Of a stretch of DNA of 64,000 bases, positions 19,142 through 29,178 are shown piece by piece. The position numbers and the translations under genes are program-made. Under the pieces are notes generated by a model. The model was not told the DNA's origin, searched no databases, and worked only from the letters and a program-made list of their open reading frames with translations. The DNA lies in the IMG/VR virus record IMGVR_UViG_3300036770_006893, positions 124,001 to 188,000 of that record. One strand, 5' to 3'. Position 1 is the first letter of the stretch. The number at the start of each line of letters is the position of its first letter.

Positions 19142-19524
19142 TATTCAGCCTCTCTTTCTGCGTTTTGTAGCCATGCTATGTTTTTTGTTTTTAGGAAATT
19201 GATATACATATTAAAACTTTTATGGTTTACTTCTTTAAATGTTCTAGCCTTGGAATACGGAGAATTTTTAGTATAGCTCTCATCTTTTTTCCCATATAGA
19301 GATATGGGGTTATACATTTTTCCGTCTCGATTTATTCTAATGAGATATTTAATTGTATTATTGTTTTTGGATAATTTTTTAGCGCAAACCAGAGAATTAT
19401 TTGCATCAGAACATCTGGGGTATCCTGAGTCGTCAAAAAAATCTTGTTCTCCAGATATGCAAAAAAAAGCTTCTAGATTATTTGATACGACATTTTTTTC
19501 TTGATGAAATATAAAATCATTCAT
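19141..19524 (-). CDS. Hypothetical protein
   Basis: 127 aa ORF, coupled. Confidence 0.65.
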   Translation of the reverse strand: MNDFIFHQEKNVVSNNLEAFFCISGEQDFFDDSGYPRCSDANNSLVCAKKLSKNNNTIKYLIRINRDGKMYNPISLYGKKDESYTKNSPYSKARTFKEVNHKSFNMYINFLKTKNIAWLQNAEREAE

Positions 19525-19933
19525 GGTCTTTATCCTTTATGTCTTTTGTATGATTGGCTGCGGAGGCTATGCAGTTTTCTAAAAATTTAAAAAAAGTATC
19601 CATATATACATTGTAGTCTTTTAGTGGAGGTACCGGTATATGGTAATTTTTATTACATACTTCTACACATCTAGTCGTTTCTCCATGCTCGTTTTCCTCC
19701 ATAACATTTGCGGTTATGGAAAATATAATTTCGTGAGCACAAGATAATAATTTAACAGGATCATCTACTGCGGGTGCTGCACCGACGTAGTTATCCTGTA
19801 AAAATTTAATTAATTCTTCTGGGTTATTGATATTTACATCATTAAAAGATGATTCTATTGCTTGTTGAATTTGCTTAATTTGCTCTTCAGTAATTTCGGG
19901 CTGTTTTTCAGTATTTTCGTCTTTGGTATTCAT
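19517..19933 (-). CDS. Hypothetical acidic protein
   Basis: 138 aa ORF, coupled. Confidence 0.65.
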   Translation of the reverse strand: MNTKDENTEKQPEITEEQIKQIQQAIESSFNDVNINNPEELIKFLQDNYVGAAPAVDDPVKLLSCAHEIIFSITANVMEENEHGETTRCVEVCNKNYHIPVPPLKDYNVYMDTFFKFLENCIASAANHTKDIKDKDHE

Positions 19934-19934
19934 T

Positions 19935-20279
19935 TTATGTCCATTTTGTTTTGGGTTGTTTTTTAAGTCTGGTCATACCAGATGGTAATTTTTTATTTGA
20001 TTGCTCGTTCTTATACGAGTTGTGCTTATCGAATAGGTGTTTTTTTTCGTCTTCTGACAGCCTGTCTCTATTTCTATTGGCTATGTCGCCTATAGTTTTA
20101 AGTTCATTGTCAGCTTTTTTTACAGACATATTCTGCGTCATAACATCTCTACTAACAAGCCTAATGGTTTTATTGCTTTTACACGCCGGACACGGCGGCT
20201 GTTCTGTATAATCTTTGATATAAAAAAACAGCTCAAATTCTTGTTCGCAATTATTGCATTTATATGAGTATGTGGGCAT
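19935..20279 (-). CDS. FmdB-family zinc-ribbon protein
   Basis: MPTYSYKCNNCEQEFE...CPACKS; start corrected to ATG 20279. Confidence 0.8.
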   Translation of the reverse strand: MPTYSYKCNNCEQEFELFFYIKDYTEQPPCPACKSNKTIRLVSRDVMTQNMSVKKADNELKTIGDIANRNRDRLSEDEKKHLFDKHNSYKNEQSNKKLPSGMTRLKKQPKTKWT

Positions 20280-20281
20280 TA

Positions 20282-20869
20282 TTAAAGATGCTCGTATGAT
20301 TGCGGTAAATACGCCGCCCATTCGTCGGGAATACTCTTTATAGTAGTTAGAGACTCTACAAATGGCAAGAAGCGAAAACTAGATTTTGGTCTTACAGGAA
20401 TCTTTAATAATTTCATACCAGCCTGTGTTGGTGTGCGATTACCCTTTTTTCTATTACATTCGACACAGCATGTAACAATATTTGTCCAATTTGTTGGACT
20501 AGTATTTGAAGACCATTTAGACTTTGGTATAACGTGGTCATAAGTTAATTGATTTATGTTAAATGTATTATTACAGTATTGACACGTATAAGCATCCCTA
20601 ATTAGTATATTTTTTCTATTAAAATTTACTGTTCTATTATTTAGGCTTAAAAATCTATGTATTCTTGCCACAGCTGGTACAGGAAATCTCCTACTAATAC
20701 CTTGTATAAAGTCATTTTTGTAGAAATCTATGATTTCTATGGAGTATTGACTATTAGTATTTTCTGATTTGAGGCCCCATATTATGGCCCTGTGCCAGTG
20801 AACAATGCCTATTGGAGTATAATCAGCGTTCAAGATTAAGCATCTATTGTGGTCTGCTTTCGTTTCCAT
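20282..20869 (-). CDS. HNH endonuclease (McrA-like)
   Basis: RDAYTCQYC, TYDHVIPKS, NWTNIVTCCVECNRKKGN. Confidence 0.9.
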   Translation of the reverse strand: METKADHNRCLILNADYTPIGIVHWHRAIIWGLKSENTNSQYSIEIIDFYKNDFIQGISRRFPVPAVARIHRFLSLNNRTVNFNRKNILIRDAYTCQYCNNTFNINQLTYDHVIPKSKWSSNTSPTNWTNIVTCCVECNRKKGNRTPTQAGMKLLKIPVRPKSSFRFLPFVESLTTIKSIPDEWAAYLPQSYEHL

Positions 20870-21566
20870 ATTCTTCTAGTCGTGTTAAGATTTTTCCAAT
20901 AATAGGATTTCTTGCTATATCGGAAGATTCTAGGATTGATACGCCTATATCTTCGATATCTGTTAATGCATTAATCATATTCAAAAACCCGCCCCTCAAA
21001 TGTCTTACAAGGTCGGACTGTCCTGTATCTCCGGTCAATACCATCTTACTGTTATTGCCTATGCGAGTAATCAACATCTTTAGCTGATCATAAGATGCAT
21101 TTTGGCATTCGTCAGCAACTATAAAGCAATTATGAAAATTTCTACCTCTCATTAATGCTAGCGGCACTATTTCTATCTTATGTTGTGTTTTTAGGGAGCC
21201 GTATACAGACATAGGAATAAAATGAGAGATTTCATCCAAAATAGGCAAAAGATAAGGATGCAGCTTTTCTTCTGCTGTTCCTGGTAAAAAACCAAGCTTT
21301 TCTCCAGATTCAACAATAGGTCTTGTTATGATAATTTTTTCTACCTTTTCCTCAAATAAATATTGTAAAGCTAGTCCAACAGCTATATGTGTCTTACCGC
21401 TACCGGCAACACCTTGACAGAAAACAATAACATTATTATTTACGTTTTTAATAAGATTATTTTGGTTTATAGAGATAGGTTTTAATTTATTCCTAAAAAT
21501 AGTATCATGTTTTTTTTCTAGGCTAGGTTCGGAAAGTTTGATAGGCTTATTTTTTTTTCTAGTCAA
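20844..21566 (-). CDS. phoH: PhoH-family ATPase
   Basis: GVAGSGKT, RPIVESGEKLGFLPG, MRGRNF, ADECQN, TGDTGQSD; TTG start with AAGGA SD. Confidence 0.95.
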   Translation of the reverse strand: MTRKKNKPIKLSEPSLEKKHDTIFRNKLKPISINQNNLIKNVNNNVIVFCQGVAGSGKTHIAVGLALQYLFEEKVEKIIITRPIVESGEKLGFLPGTAEEKLHPYLLPILDEISHFIPMSVYGSLKTQHKIEIVPLALMRGRNFHNCFIVADECQNASYDQLKMLITRIGNNSKMVLTGDTGQSDLVRHLRGGFLNMINALTDIEDIGVSILESSDIARNPIIGKILTRLEEYGNESRPQ

Positions 21567-21608
21567 GAGAGATCCTTTATAATAGAGGTTATAGATAATT
21601 CTCTATAT

Positions 21609-21620
21609 TAGATTACACCA
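21609..21620 (-). promoter_or_regulatory. GGTGTA motif (candidate phage promoter) upstream of phoH
   Basis: TGGTGTAATCTA directly after dut stop; same motif recurs in other intergenic gaps. Confidence 0.4.
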
Positions 21621-21622
21621 TA

Positions 21623-22048
21623 CTATTTATTTCCACTAGAACCAAATCCATTTATACCGCGTTCAGAATTGGATAACTCATCAGTTTCTAGAAAATTAAA
21701 ATCAAAATGTTGCTCAATAATTAGTTGGGCAATTTTATCTCCATACGTAACGTCGAAAGTATTTTCTTTATCCGTATTAATTAGTATTACCTTAATTTCT
21801 CCGCGATACCCACTATCACAAACCCCAGCCAAAACATCTATACCGTACTTTGCGGCTAATCCTGATCTTGGGGCTATTCTTCCATAAAAACCAGAAGGTA
21901 TCTCTACGCATATTCCGGTAGATATAGCAGCTCTAGATTGAGGTGGGATAGATATATTATCAACAGAATACAGATCTGCGCCAGCATCTGTTGTGTTGTT
22001 TTTTTTGGGTATAATTGCTAATTCATGAACCTTTTTTACTTTTATCAT
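21623..22048 (-). CDS. dut: dUTPase (trimeric)
   Basis: AGADL, PRSGLA, GVCDSGYRGEI, IAQL, RGINGFGSSG. Confidence 0.96.
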   Translation of the reverse strand: MIKVKKVHELAIIPKKNNTTDAGADLYSVDNISIPPQSRAAISTGICVEIPSGFYGRIAPRSGLAAKYGIDVLAGVCDSGYRGEIKVILINTDKENTFDVTYGDKIAQLIIEQHFDFNFLETDELSNSERGINGFGSSGNK

Positions 22049-22050
22049 AT

Positions 22051-23703
22051 TTAACTCTCACAGTTTGAACAGGACATTATATTTCTTGCTAATTCTTGCG
22101 CTGGATTGGCGCTTCTCTGATAATAGAATGTTTTTATACCCATCTTCCATCCATCTATTAATAGATCGCTGACCTGTTTTGGTGGTGTATTAGGACCAAC
22201 CATGATATTAAGAGACTGAGACTGATCGATATATTTTTGTCTATTAGATGCTTGTATAATAATATCTTTTTGACTAATTTCACCAAAAGTTTTAAAGACA
22301 TCTTTTTCTTCTTTGGTTAGAAAGTCTAAGTGCTGAACAGATCCTCCTTTAATAAGGATACTTTTCCATGTTTCATCGTCGTTTCTATGATATTTTTTTA
22401 GTATTTCTTTTAGGTGTGGGTTTTTGTATGTGAATTTACCTTTGGCTAAATTTTTAACGAAGTAATTACTATTAAGTGGCTCTATGCTAGGACTAACTTG
22501 GCCTAAAATAAAACTACTGCTAGTGGTTGGGGCTATAGCTAAAGTGGTTACATTTCTACGACCATAGCCTTCTAGTATGGGAGCCTCGCCAAAAAGCTCT
22601 GCGAGCTTGGTGGTAGCCGTATCTGCTCTATCTCTAATAGTTTTCCAAATTTCGTTATTGATAGATTTTGAAACAACGCTTTCAAATGCAATCATTTTGC
22701 TCTGCAAATAAGAGTGCCATCCAAGTACTCCCATACCAAGAGCCCTTTGGTTTAGCGCAAAGCTGCGAGCACCTTTCATGAATTTAATATGTTGTGTTTT
22801 TTCAATAAACTCTTGGTTCACACTATCTAGAAAATAAATAAGAGTTTCTATAGCATCTGTTTTTACTATTTCGTCCCAATGCAACAAATTTAGAGAAGAT
22901 AAAACACAAACGAAGCTATTATTTTCATCAGAATGTAGGCATATTTCTGAGCATAAATTAGATGCTTGTATCTTTAGCTGTTTGTCTCGATAGGCTTTTG
23001 GCGCATTATTGTTAATTGTATCGGTAAAAAAAATGTACGGATAACCGCTCTCAAATCTTTTTTGAATAATTTTTGCCCATATTTTTCTTTTTTGCTTGTC
23101 TCCATCTATCATACTATTCATCCACTCATCGCCTATACACACCCCCAAACTCATATTCTGAATAGGGTGTCCTTCATTTCTGATTTGTAAAAACTCTTCT
23201 ATGTCTGGATGCTCAACAGGCAAATAGGCAGCAAAGCTACCTCTACGCGCTGATCCCTGACTTATTACGTCTGCAACCTTGTCAAACATTTCCATAAAGT
23301 GGACAGGGCCACTGCTCTCTCCACCAACACTAATGGCCGCTCCTCTTTCTCTTAGAGAGCCGAAGTATCCACTTGTGCCGCCACCCATTTTGCTCATCAT
23401 ACCAACTTCTGCAACCTTATATAAAATACTTGTTATTGTATCGTCTATATAGCTGCCGAAACAGCTCACCGGCAAGCCTCTTGTGTTACCAAAATTATTC
23501 CATACGGGAGTAGAAAGAGAATAGTATCCTAGGCTCATATAATGTTCAAATTTTTCTGCAAAACCTGATATACTTAAGATTTTTTCAGAGTTCAGAGAGA
23601 TTTGCTTAATTCTTTCTTCTGGTGTTTGACCATTTTGTAGATAGCCTCGTTCTAAAAATAGTCTACTATGAGAATTTAACCAATAATACGGCTTAGTTGT
23701 CAT
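22051..23703 (-). CDS. nrdA: Class I ribonucleotide reductase alpha subunit, no ATP cone
   Basis: PVSCF, QASNLCSEI, FVCVLSSLN, IAPT, FYYQR, C-terminal CSNC; only 550 aa. Confidence 0.95.
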   Translation of the reverse strand: MTTKPYYWLNSHSRLFLERGYLQNGQTPEERIKQISLNSEKILSISGFAEKFEHYMSLGYYSLSTPVWNNFGNTRGLPVSCFGSYIDDTITSILYKVAEVGMMSKMGGGTSGYFGSLRERGAAISVGGESSGPVHFMEMFDKVADVISQGSARRGSFAAYLPVEHPDIEEFLQIRNEGHPIQNMSLGVCIGDEWMNSMIDGDKQKRKIWAKIIQKRFESGYPYIFFTDTINNNAPKAYRDKQLKIQASNLCSEICLHSDENNSFVCVLSSLNLLHWDEIVKTDAIETLIYFLDSVNQEFIEKTQHIKFMKGARSFALNQRALGMGVLGWHSYLQSKMIAFESVVSKSINNEIWKTIRDRADTATTKLAELFGEAPILEGYGRRNVTTLAIAPTTSSSFILGQVSPSIEPLNSNYFVKNLAKGKFTYKNPHLKEILKKYHRNDDETWKSILIKGGSVQHLDFLTKEEKDVFKTFGEISQKDIIIQASNRQKYIDQSQSLNIMVGPNTPPKQVSDLLIDGWKMGIKTFYYQRSANPAQELARNIMSCSNCES

Positions 23704-23738
23704 GTATTTATATATCCTGTGTCTTTTCCTAGTAATGA

Positions 23739-24722
23739 TTAAAACAAGGCTTCTGCGTCGAAAGACAAAGCCTTTTTGGCATATTCCACCGGTCTGGAAT
23801 GAAAGAAATCAGTCATGTTATTACCAAGTATTTGTTCATCAAACCAAACAGTTTTAGATAAAAGGTCATTATCTACATCAAATATTTTATCGTATCCAAT
23901 TTGGCTCAAGGATTCATTGAGTCTATTTTTTATGAACTCTTTTAAGATATCTGAATTGAGGTATTCATCACCATATCCGTTAATTATCCAATCAATAATC
24001 TCACACTCATATTTTACGGCTTGTTGAGATTCAAGCAGTATAATTTTTTCCAAATCGTCATCGAATAATTCGGGATATTCTAGCCTTATGGTATTAATTA
24101 ATTTTATTCCTATCATAGCATGTAGGTTTTCTTCTCTACTAGTATATTCTACTTGCTTATTAGTGTCCTTAAGCATGTTCTTGAACCTGCCAAAAAAACT
24201 TATGGTATAAAACTGAGAAAATAGGGCTATGTTTTCAACAAACAAAGTAAACAATATTAAGGAATAAACAAATTGTTTTTTGCTATCATCAGAAAATTTT
24301 CTAAGATGTTTTCGCAAATAATTTACGCGACTCTTAATAATATCTAGCTGAAGAATTTTTTCAAAATTATCATCTATACCAAGTACCTCCAACAGTCTCT
24401 CATAAGCATCACCGTGTATAACCTCCACATGAGCCATAGTATAGCCTAGATCGTTTAGTGATGGATGAGGTAGATTTTCGCCTAATTTTGCCCAGAATTT
24501 TTTTACACTAATCTCTAGTTGTCCTATAGTAGACAATGCCCGTATAACTATCTCCTGCTCCTGATCTGTTAAATTAACTAAAAAATCTTGCACATCACTT
24601 TGAAAATTAAACTCTCTATGGGTCCAGAAGCCATTGTGCATAGCTTCAATAAAGTCTTGTGTCCAAGGATACAGGTCTGGTTTTCTGGCAATTTGTTCAC
24701 TGAATATCATATTAAACTCCAT
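23739..24722 (-). CDS. nrdB: Class I ribonucleotide reductase beta subunit (class Id-like)
   Basis: QLEISVK, EVIHGDAY, VENIALF, REENLH, DFFHSRPVEY. Confidence 0.93.
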   Translation of the reverse strand: MEFNMIFSEQIARKPDLYPWTQDFIEAMHNGFWTHREFNFQSDVQDFLVNLTDQEQEIVIRALSTIGQLEISVKKFWAKLGENLPHPSLNDLGYTMAHVEVIHGDAYERLLEVLGIDDNFEKILQLDIIKSRVNYLRKHLRKFSDDSKKQFVYSLILFTLFVENIALFSQFYTISFFGRFKNMLKDTNKQVEYTSREENLHAMIGIKLINTIRLEYPELFDDDLEKIILLESQQAVKYECEIIDWIINGYGDEYLNSDILKEFIKNRLNESLSQIGYDKIFDVDNDLLSKTVWFDEQILGNNMTDFFHSRPVEYAKKALSFDAEALF

Positions 24723-24859
24723 TATTTATTGACAATATTTGCTATCAGGCCTACAACTACCATGCTCACAAATTCTGGACCAACAGTATCAAAATCAGCC
24801 ATGAAATTAAATCGCATATAGTAATTGACTACCGAAAGCATAAACAGGGTATTCATCAT
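24722..24859 (-). CDS. 45-aa hydrophobic microprotein
   Basis: MMNTLFMLSVVNYYMRFNFMADFDTVGPEFVSMVVVGLIANIVNK; ATGA and TAATG coupling to neighbours. Confidence 0.65.
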   Translation of the reverse strand: MMNTLFMLSVVNYYMRFNFMADFDTVGPEFVSMVVVGLIANIVNK

Positions 24860-25332
24860 ACTACACCACATAATTGTCTCAGCCAAGACAGATTGGGTTT
24901 AACATAATATATTTTTATATTGCTCATTTTTACAAAAGTATCAAAGTTTTTTTTGGAGTGCTCGTCAAATAATTTCGTTCCATGATCATCAGCCATGTAA
25001 ACTGTATCAATACCCTCCTGGTAAAGAGATATTATACAGTCGTTGCAGCACTGACCGGTGACATATGCTGTTCCGCCGTCAGGTCTGACAACACAATTTG
25101 CTAAAGCGTTTTTTTCACTATGAACCATCCATGCGTACTTATCTGGTCTATTTTTAGGTAGTAAATCATCCTTTAGTCCTTTGGGAAATCCGTTATATCC
25201 AACTCCAAGAATCCTATTATTTTTATCTGTAATCACACAACCATGTTTGGTGTGTATGTCGTGGCTGCGTAATGATATTACTTTAGCCAATCCAAGAAAA
25301 TAATCAGTCCACTCTGGTCTAGTAGTGCTCAT
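24856..25332 (-). CDS. dCMP deaminase (ComEB family)
   Basis: GYNG, HSEKNAL, CCNDC zinc motif. Confidence 0.9.
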   Translation of the reverse strand: MSTTRPEWTDYFLGLAKVISLRSHDIHTKHGCVITDKNNRILGVGYNGFPKGLKDDLLPKNRPDKYAWMVHSEKNALANCVVRPDGGTAYVTGQCCNDCIISLYQEGIDTVYMADDHGTKLFDEHSKKNFDTFVKMSNIKIYYVKPNLSWLRQLCGVV

Positions 25333-25339
25333 AGATCAT

Positions 25340-25367
25340 ATTATAGTCATTGCGTCGTGTCTGTCAA
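25340..25367 (-). promoter_or_regulatory. Consensus sigma70-like promoter TTGACA-N16-TATAAT, 7 nt from ATG (leaderless)
   Basis: -35 at 25367-25362; -10 at 25345-25340; ATG at 25332. Confidence 0.75.
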
Positions 25368-25399
25368 TCAGAAATTTAAGGTCTTGCAGCAACTTGGTG

Positions 25400-27559
25400 C
25401 TACTCTGGGCTGTTGAACTGTTCTATATTTATGTTTTTGTATTTTTTCATAAATATTTGTTTATTTATAACTTGGTAGGTCTTAGCTCCTAAATTTATAT
25501 CTGTGCCACTAGACGATCCTTCGTCATGTATAGCTAAACACCTTGGCTCGTACATTGTCTTTAATCCTTTGACATGGGCTCTGTATTGCCATTCGCTATC
25601 TTCATAATACATCTTGCTTAAAGAAGTATCGAGAGCTCCTATATTAGCGATAGCGTCTCTTCTCATATATAGCAAACAGCCGGAACAATAACCAACAGAT
25701 CTTCTGATATTACTGTCTGGGTTTTCGTTTGGCGCATATCGAAATAAATTTCTGCCGTTACCGTCGTTATATAATTCTGCACCAGCCTCAGCTATCGTAT
25801 TATTTGGATACAAAGTTTTACCTCCAACTGCCGCCACGGTATTTGCCGAATAAGCAGTAGAGTATAAGTGATTGAGCCAGCAATCAGAAATAATCTCTAT
25901 GTCATCATTTACTAATACAATATCAGAATGTTTATATTTTTTACTGTTTATTATTTTATTATTTGGAATTATGAAGTATTCGTTACTTTTATTTTTGATA
26001 TAATCAATTTTTTCTGGATATTGTTGTTTAAATTTATGTATTATATTGAATATATTAGTATTATTACTATTATCAGTTATTGCTATAGTATAATTAGAAT
26101 ATTTAGTCTTAGATAATATGCTGCTCAGGCATTTTTCCAATTTATCTGTTTGCTTGTAGGCGACTATACTAATTGCTATGTGTTTAGAAAAAAGTGTTGA
26201 TTCTAGTGTGGTTTTTGCAGCCTGATGGTCTACGATTTTTTGTAATTGGCTTCTACCAAGTTTTCCTAGTTTGATTTTGTCTTTGCTATTTAAAGAAAAA
26301 AAGTATTCTAATTGTTGAACGAATTCTTCATCAGAATTTGCTATCAATGCATTTGACCGATTGGTAAAATTAATGCCTTCGTTACCTATGGTGGTCGTTA
26401 AAATAGGGATACCAGACATACCACTATCGCATATTTTACCCTTAATACCGGCGCCCCAATATAGAGGAGCGAGACATAAGCAACTTTTTTTATATAGATC
26501 TTCGATATTATCTATTTTGCCGGTGATAACTATATCCTTATCTTGTCTCGCCTGAGAGATAATTTTATTGCAAATGTTGGGTCCTGCTATATATAATTTA
26601 GGCTTATGTTTTAATTTTTTATATACAGGCGACATCTTGAATGTTCTAAATACTTTTATGGAGTTGAGCGCACCTTCCTTGTTAGGACCGTGAGCATAAT
26701 TGCCAAGAAAAAATATATCATTTCCAAGTTTTGACTTGATGTTTTTTGCATAATGTATGTTACTAAGAATCTTTATGTTTGTGCTATATCCTAACTCTTG
26801 CTCAATATGTTTTTTGTCTTCGTTTGTAATTGCAAAAACCACATCAGCGGATAGATATACGTTTTTTTCTGTGTTTTTTCTAATAGATAGTGCTTGTGTA
26901 CTAATGTCGAGATTTCCGGTGTCGTAGCCTCTCTGCTCTCTAATCCAATGCACATCAACACTATCAACAATAATTTTAGTGCTTGGATAAATTTTTTTAA
27001 CTATATCCATATATTGCGCTGCTATGTCGTACCAACAGAAAATAGCTGCGTCAAAAGTTATATTATTATTATATAAATCTTGTAAATAAATATCCATATA
27101 AATATTATTATCTATATCTGGATAGTAGACTTTTATATTAAGCTTTTGAAGTGATTCTATATATTTTTTAGATATCGGATTATTACAAAAAAAGTAAACA
27201 TTTTGATTTAGATCTTTAGTTAAGATTTTTAATATTTCATATAATCTATTGCCTCCGCTACTTAGATCATAATCTGGTGCCAATGGAGAGAAAACCATTA
27301 TATTATTGGTATTTTTAGACGGCCATTGTTCGCAAGAGTGTGACGGGGTGGGTTTGTTTGCTGTGTAATATTTGAAAACGCGATTCTCTTTGCGTCCAAA
27401 TAGAATATAGTGCTCTATAGCCTTTTGATAATCATCTATATGCGCCAAAGAAAGGTCTGGATTTAAATCAATATATGCTTTATGGTCAAAGTTTTCTGGT
27501 ATCAAATGCATTAGCTTTGATGTGAATCGTCTAATTTCCGGCGTTGATTCCCAAATCAT
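25400..27559 (-). CDS. Bifunctional glycosyltransferase (GT4-like + GT2)
   Basis: N-terminal FDHKAYIDLNPDL...HYILFG module; APLYWGAGIKGKI; VLVNDD, YCSGCLL, YYEDSE. Confidence 0.85.
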   Translation of the reverse strand: MIWESTPEIRRFTSKLMHLIPENFDHKAYIDLNPDLSLAHIDDYQKAIEHYILFGRKENRVFKYYTANKPTPSHSCEQWPSKNTNNIMVFSPLAPDYDLSSGGNRLYEILKILTKDLNQNVYFFCNNPISKKYIESLQKLNIKVYYPDIDNNIYMDIYLQDLYNNNITFDAAIFCWYDIAAQYMDIVKKIYPSTKIIVDSVDVHWIREQRGYDTGNLDISTQALSIRKNTEKNVYLSADVVFAITNEDKKHIEQELGYSTNIKILSNIHYAKNIKSKLGNDIFFLGNYAHGPNKEGALNSIKVFRTFKMSPVYKKLKHKPKLYIAGPNICNKIISQARQDKDIVITGKIDNIEDLYKKSCLCLAPLYWGAGIKGKICDSGMSGIPILTTTIGNEGINFTNRSNALIANSDEEFVQQLEYFFSLNSKDKIKLGKLGRSQLQKIVDHQAAKTTLESTLFSKHIAISIVAYKQTDKLEKCLSSILSKTKYSNYTIAITDNSNNTNIFNIIHKFKQQYPEKIDYIKNKSNEYFIIPNNKIINSKKYKHSDIVLVNDDIEIISDCWLNHLYSTAYSANTVAAVGGKTLYPNNTIAEAGAELYNDGNGRNLFRYAPNENPDSNIRRSVGYCSGCLLYMRRDAIANIGALDTSLSKMYYEDSEWQYRAHVKGLKTMYEPRCLAIHDEGSSSGTDINLGAKTYQVINKQIFMKKYKNINIEQFNSPE

Positions 27560-27568
27560 AAAATTTTC

Positions 27569-28507
27569 CTAGTCGATCAAAGAATCTCTAATAATAGTAT
27601 TATAGTTAATTTTTCGGTATGTGGCAATAGTTTTGGATTCGAGATGATACCACTCTATAGTGTAATGGTCGTTATGTTTAATAAATCTACCATATATATT
27701 AGGCTCTTCTAAAAGATAGCAGTAGCTATTATGGGTAATAATTAGGTTAAAAAATTTTTTATTAGGAGCATTATTATTTAATATTTTTATAGCTTTATGC
27801 TTGGGGTGGCAAAAGTTTAGATTATCATATTTGACTATATAGCCAAATATCCTCTCCATGCTGTGAGAAAATGTACCAGCTTGATAGTCGCTAACTTTTC
27901 CTCTTTCATCAGATAATAATGAAAGAATCATTTTGGTATTTTTATTATTAAAGTATTTTTTATATAGTGAAGTTTTAGCCATAAACATATTACCAGCAAC
28001 AAAGTCAGAATTTTTCACAGATTCGTAATCGATGTTGAGTATGTCACATATCACTCGTATATTTTTTGAATTATAGAATTCTCTATTATTGAGCAGCATG
28101 GTCTTGTTGCATAAGACAGCATTATTTTTGTATCTAGTCAGCGTTTTTAGATTTCTCTCAAAAATTTGTTCTGATCCAATCAGATCGTTTAATAAAATTT
28201 CTCTCCAATTGATATGAAACTTAAATCCCCATTGGCTTTTTTTTGAGTGAATTTTTACAAACACATCCTCTTGCACATGCGACAACTGCTGTAAGAATGG
28301 AGCAACATCGACGCCACGATTTTCATGAAAAGATAGTTTGTGGTCAAATTGACTTAGGTCATTCACTATTGCGTACGTATCACTACTTTCGCACAGCCCT
28401 AGGTATAGCTTTATATTATCTGCGACAGGTAGTAATAAGGACTTAAATTCGTTCCATAAGTCTGTATGATACAAGTACAGACATACAGCTGTCTTATTGG
28501 TACGCAT
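27569..28507 (-). CDS. Rhamnan synthesis protein F (RgpF)-like glycosyltransferase
   Basis: YLYHTDLW, ENRGVDVAPF, KIHSKKS, FVAGNMF, HSMERIF. Confidence 0.8.
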   Translation of the reverse strand: MRTNKTAVCLYLYHTDLWNEFKSLLLPVADNIKLYLGLCESSDTYAIVNDLSQFDHKLSFHENRGVDVAPFLQQLSHVQEDVFVKIHSKKSQWGFKFHINWREILLNDLIGSEQIFERNLKTLTRYKNNAVLCNKTMLLNNREFYNSKNIRVICDILNIDYESVKNSDFVAGNMFMAKTSLYKKYFNNKNTKMILSLLSDERGKVSDYQAGTFSHSMERIFGYIVKYDNLNFCHPKHKAIKILNNNAPNKKFFNLIITHNSYCYLLEEPNIYGRFIKHNDHYTIEWYHLESKTIATYRKINYNTIIRDSLID

Positions 28508-28532
28508 AATCCAGAACTATAATATTTTTTAT

Positions 28533-28787
28533 CTATTTAAGGCCAACTGCTATTTTATTGTAAAGTACGAGAGAAACTATCGCCCCCATAACCCCAGCAA
28601 AAACACCGGCAGGCGATAGTGAGTCATATCTACCTATTAAATAGAGTATCGCACCACCCATATAAGAACCGGCAACACCTAATGCCACAGTCTTAACAAA
28701 TCCAAAATTTTCTTCTCCAGGCACTATGGTTTTGGCTATACTGCCAACAAATAAACCATATACACACCATGTTAGTAAATTAATCAT
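28533..28787 (-). CDS. GlsB/YeaQ/YmgE-family small membrane protein
   Basis: WCVYGLFVGSIAKTIVPG...LGVAGSYMGG; three hydrophobic segments. Confidence 0.85.
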   Translation of the reverse strand: MINLLTWCVYGLFVGSIAKTIVPGEENFGFVKTVALGVAGSYMGGAILYLIGRYDSLSPAGVFAGVMGAIVSLVLYNKIAVGLK

Positions 28788-29178
28788 TATTTGCTGCCTC
28801 CATTAAAGTATACACTTCATCATCCGTGAGGTTTATACCAGTTTCCATTATGCTGTTTTGTAGAGCTTTGCCATAAGATTTATACTGATCTTTTGACATA
28901 TTTTGCTTCATAATTCTTTGTAGCCTGAGTCTATTTAGCCAAGAATCTTTTAGAACCACTTCTTGAATATCTTTTTTCATTAAAGAGGCAGCCTCAGTTT
29001 TATCTTTTAGTAGTTTTCTATTTTTTTTGCATTCTTGTATAACTCTGATTAGACTCAGTATCACACCAATAACAATGATTATTGTTATAGGATCTATACC
29101 GTATTCCTTATCTTTTTCGAGATTCATATTAGATATAACTTTTTTAGCAATTTTTTCTAAAGCCATATTTTTTTTCAT
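28780..29178 (-). CDS. Hypothetical membrane-anchored protein
   Basis: Start corrected to ATG 29178 (ATGA overlap); TM segment IDPITIIIVIGVILSLI. Confidence 0.7.
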   Translation of the reverse strand: MKKNMALEKIAKKVISNMNLEKDKEYGIDPITIIIVIGVILSLIRVIQECKKNRKLLKDKTEAASLMKKDIQEVVLKDSWLNRLRLQRIMKQNMSKDQYKSYGKALQNSIMETGINLTDDEVYTLMEAANND

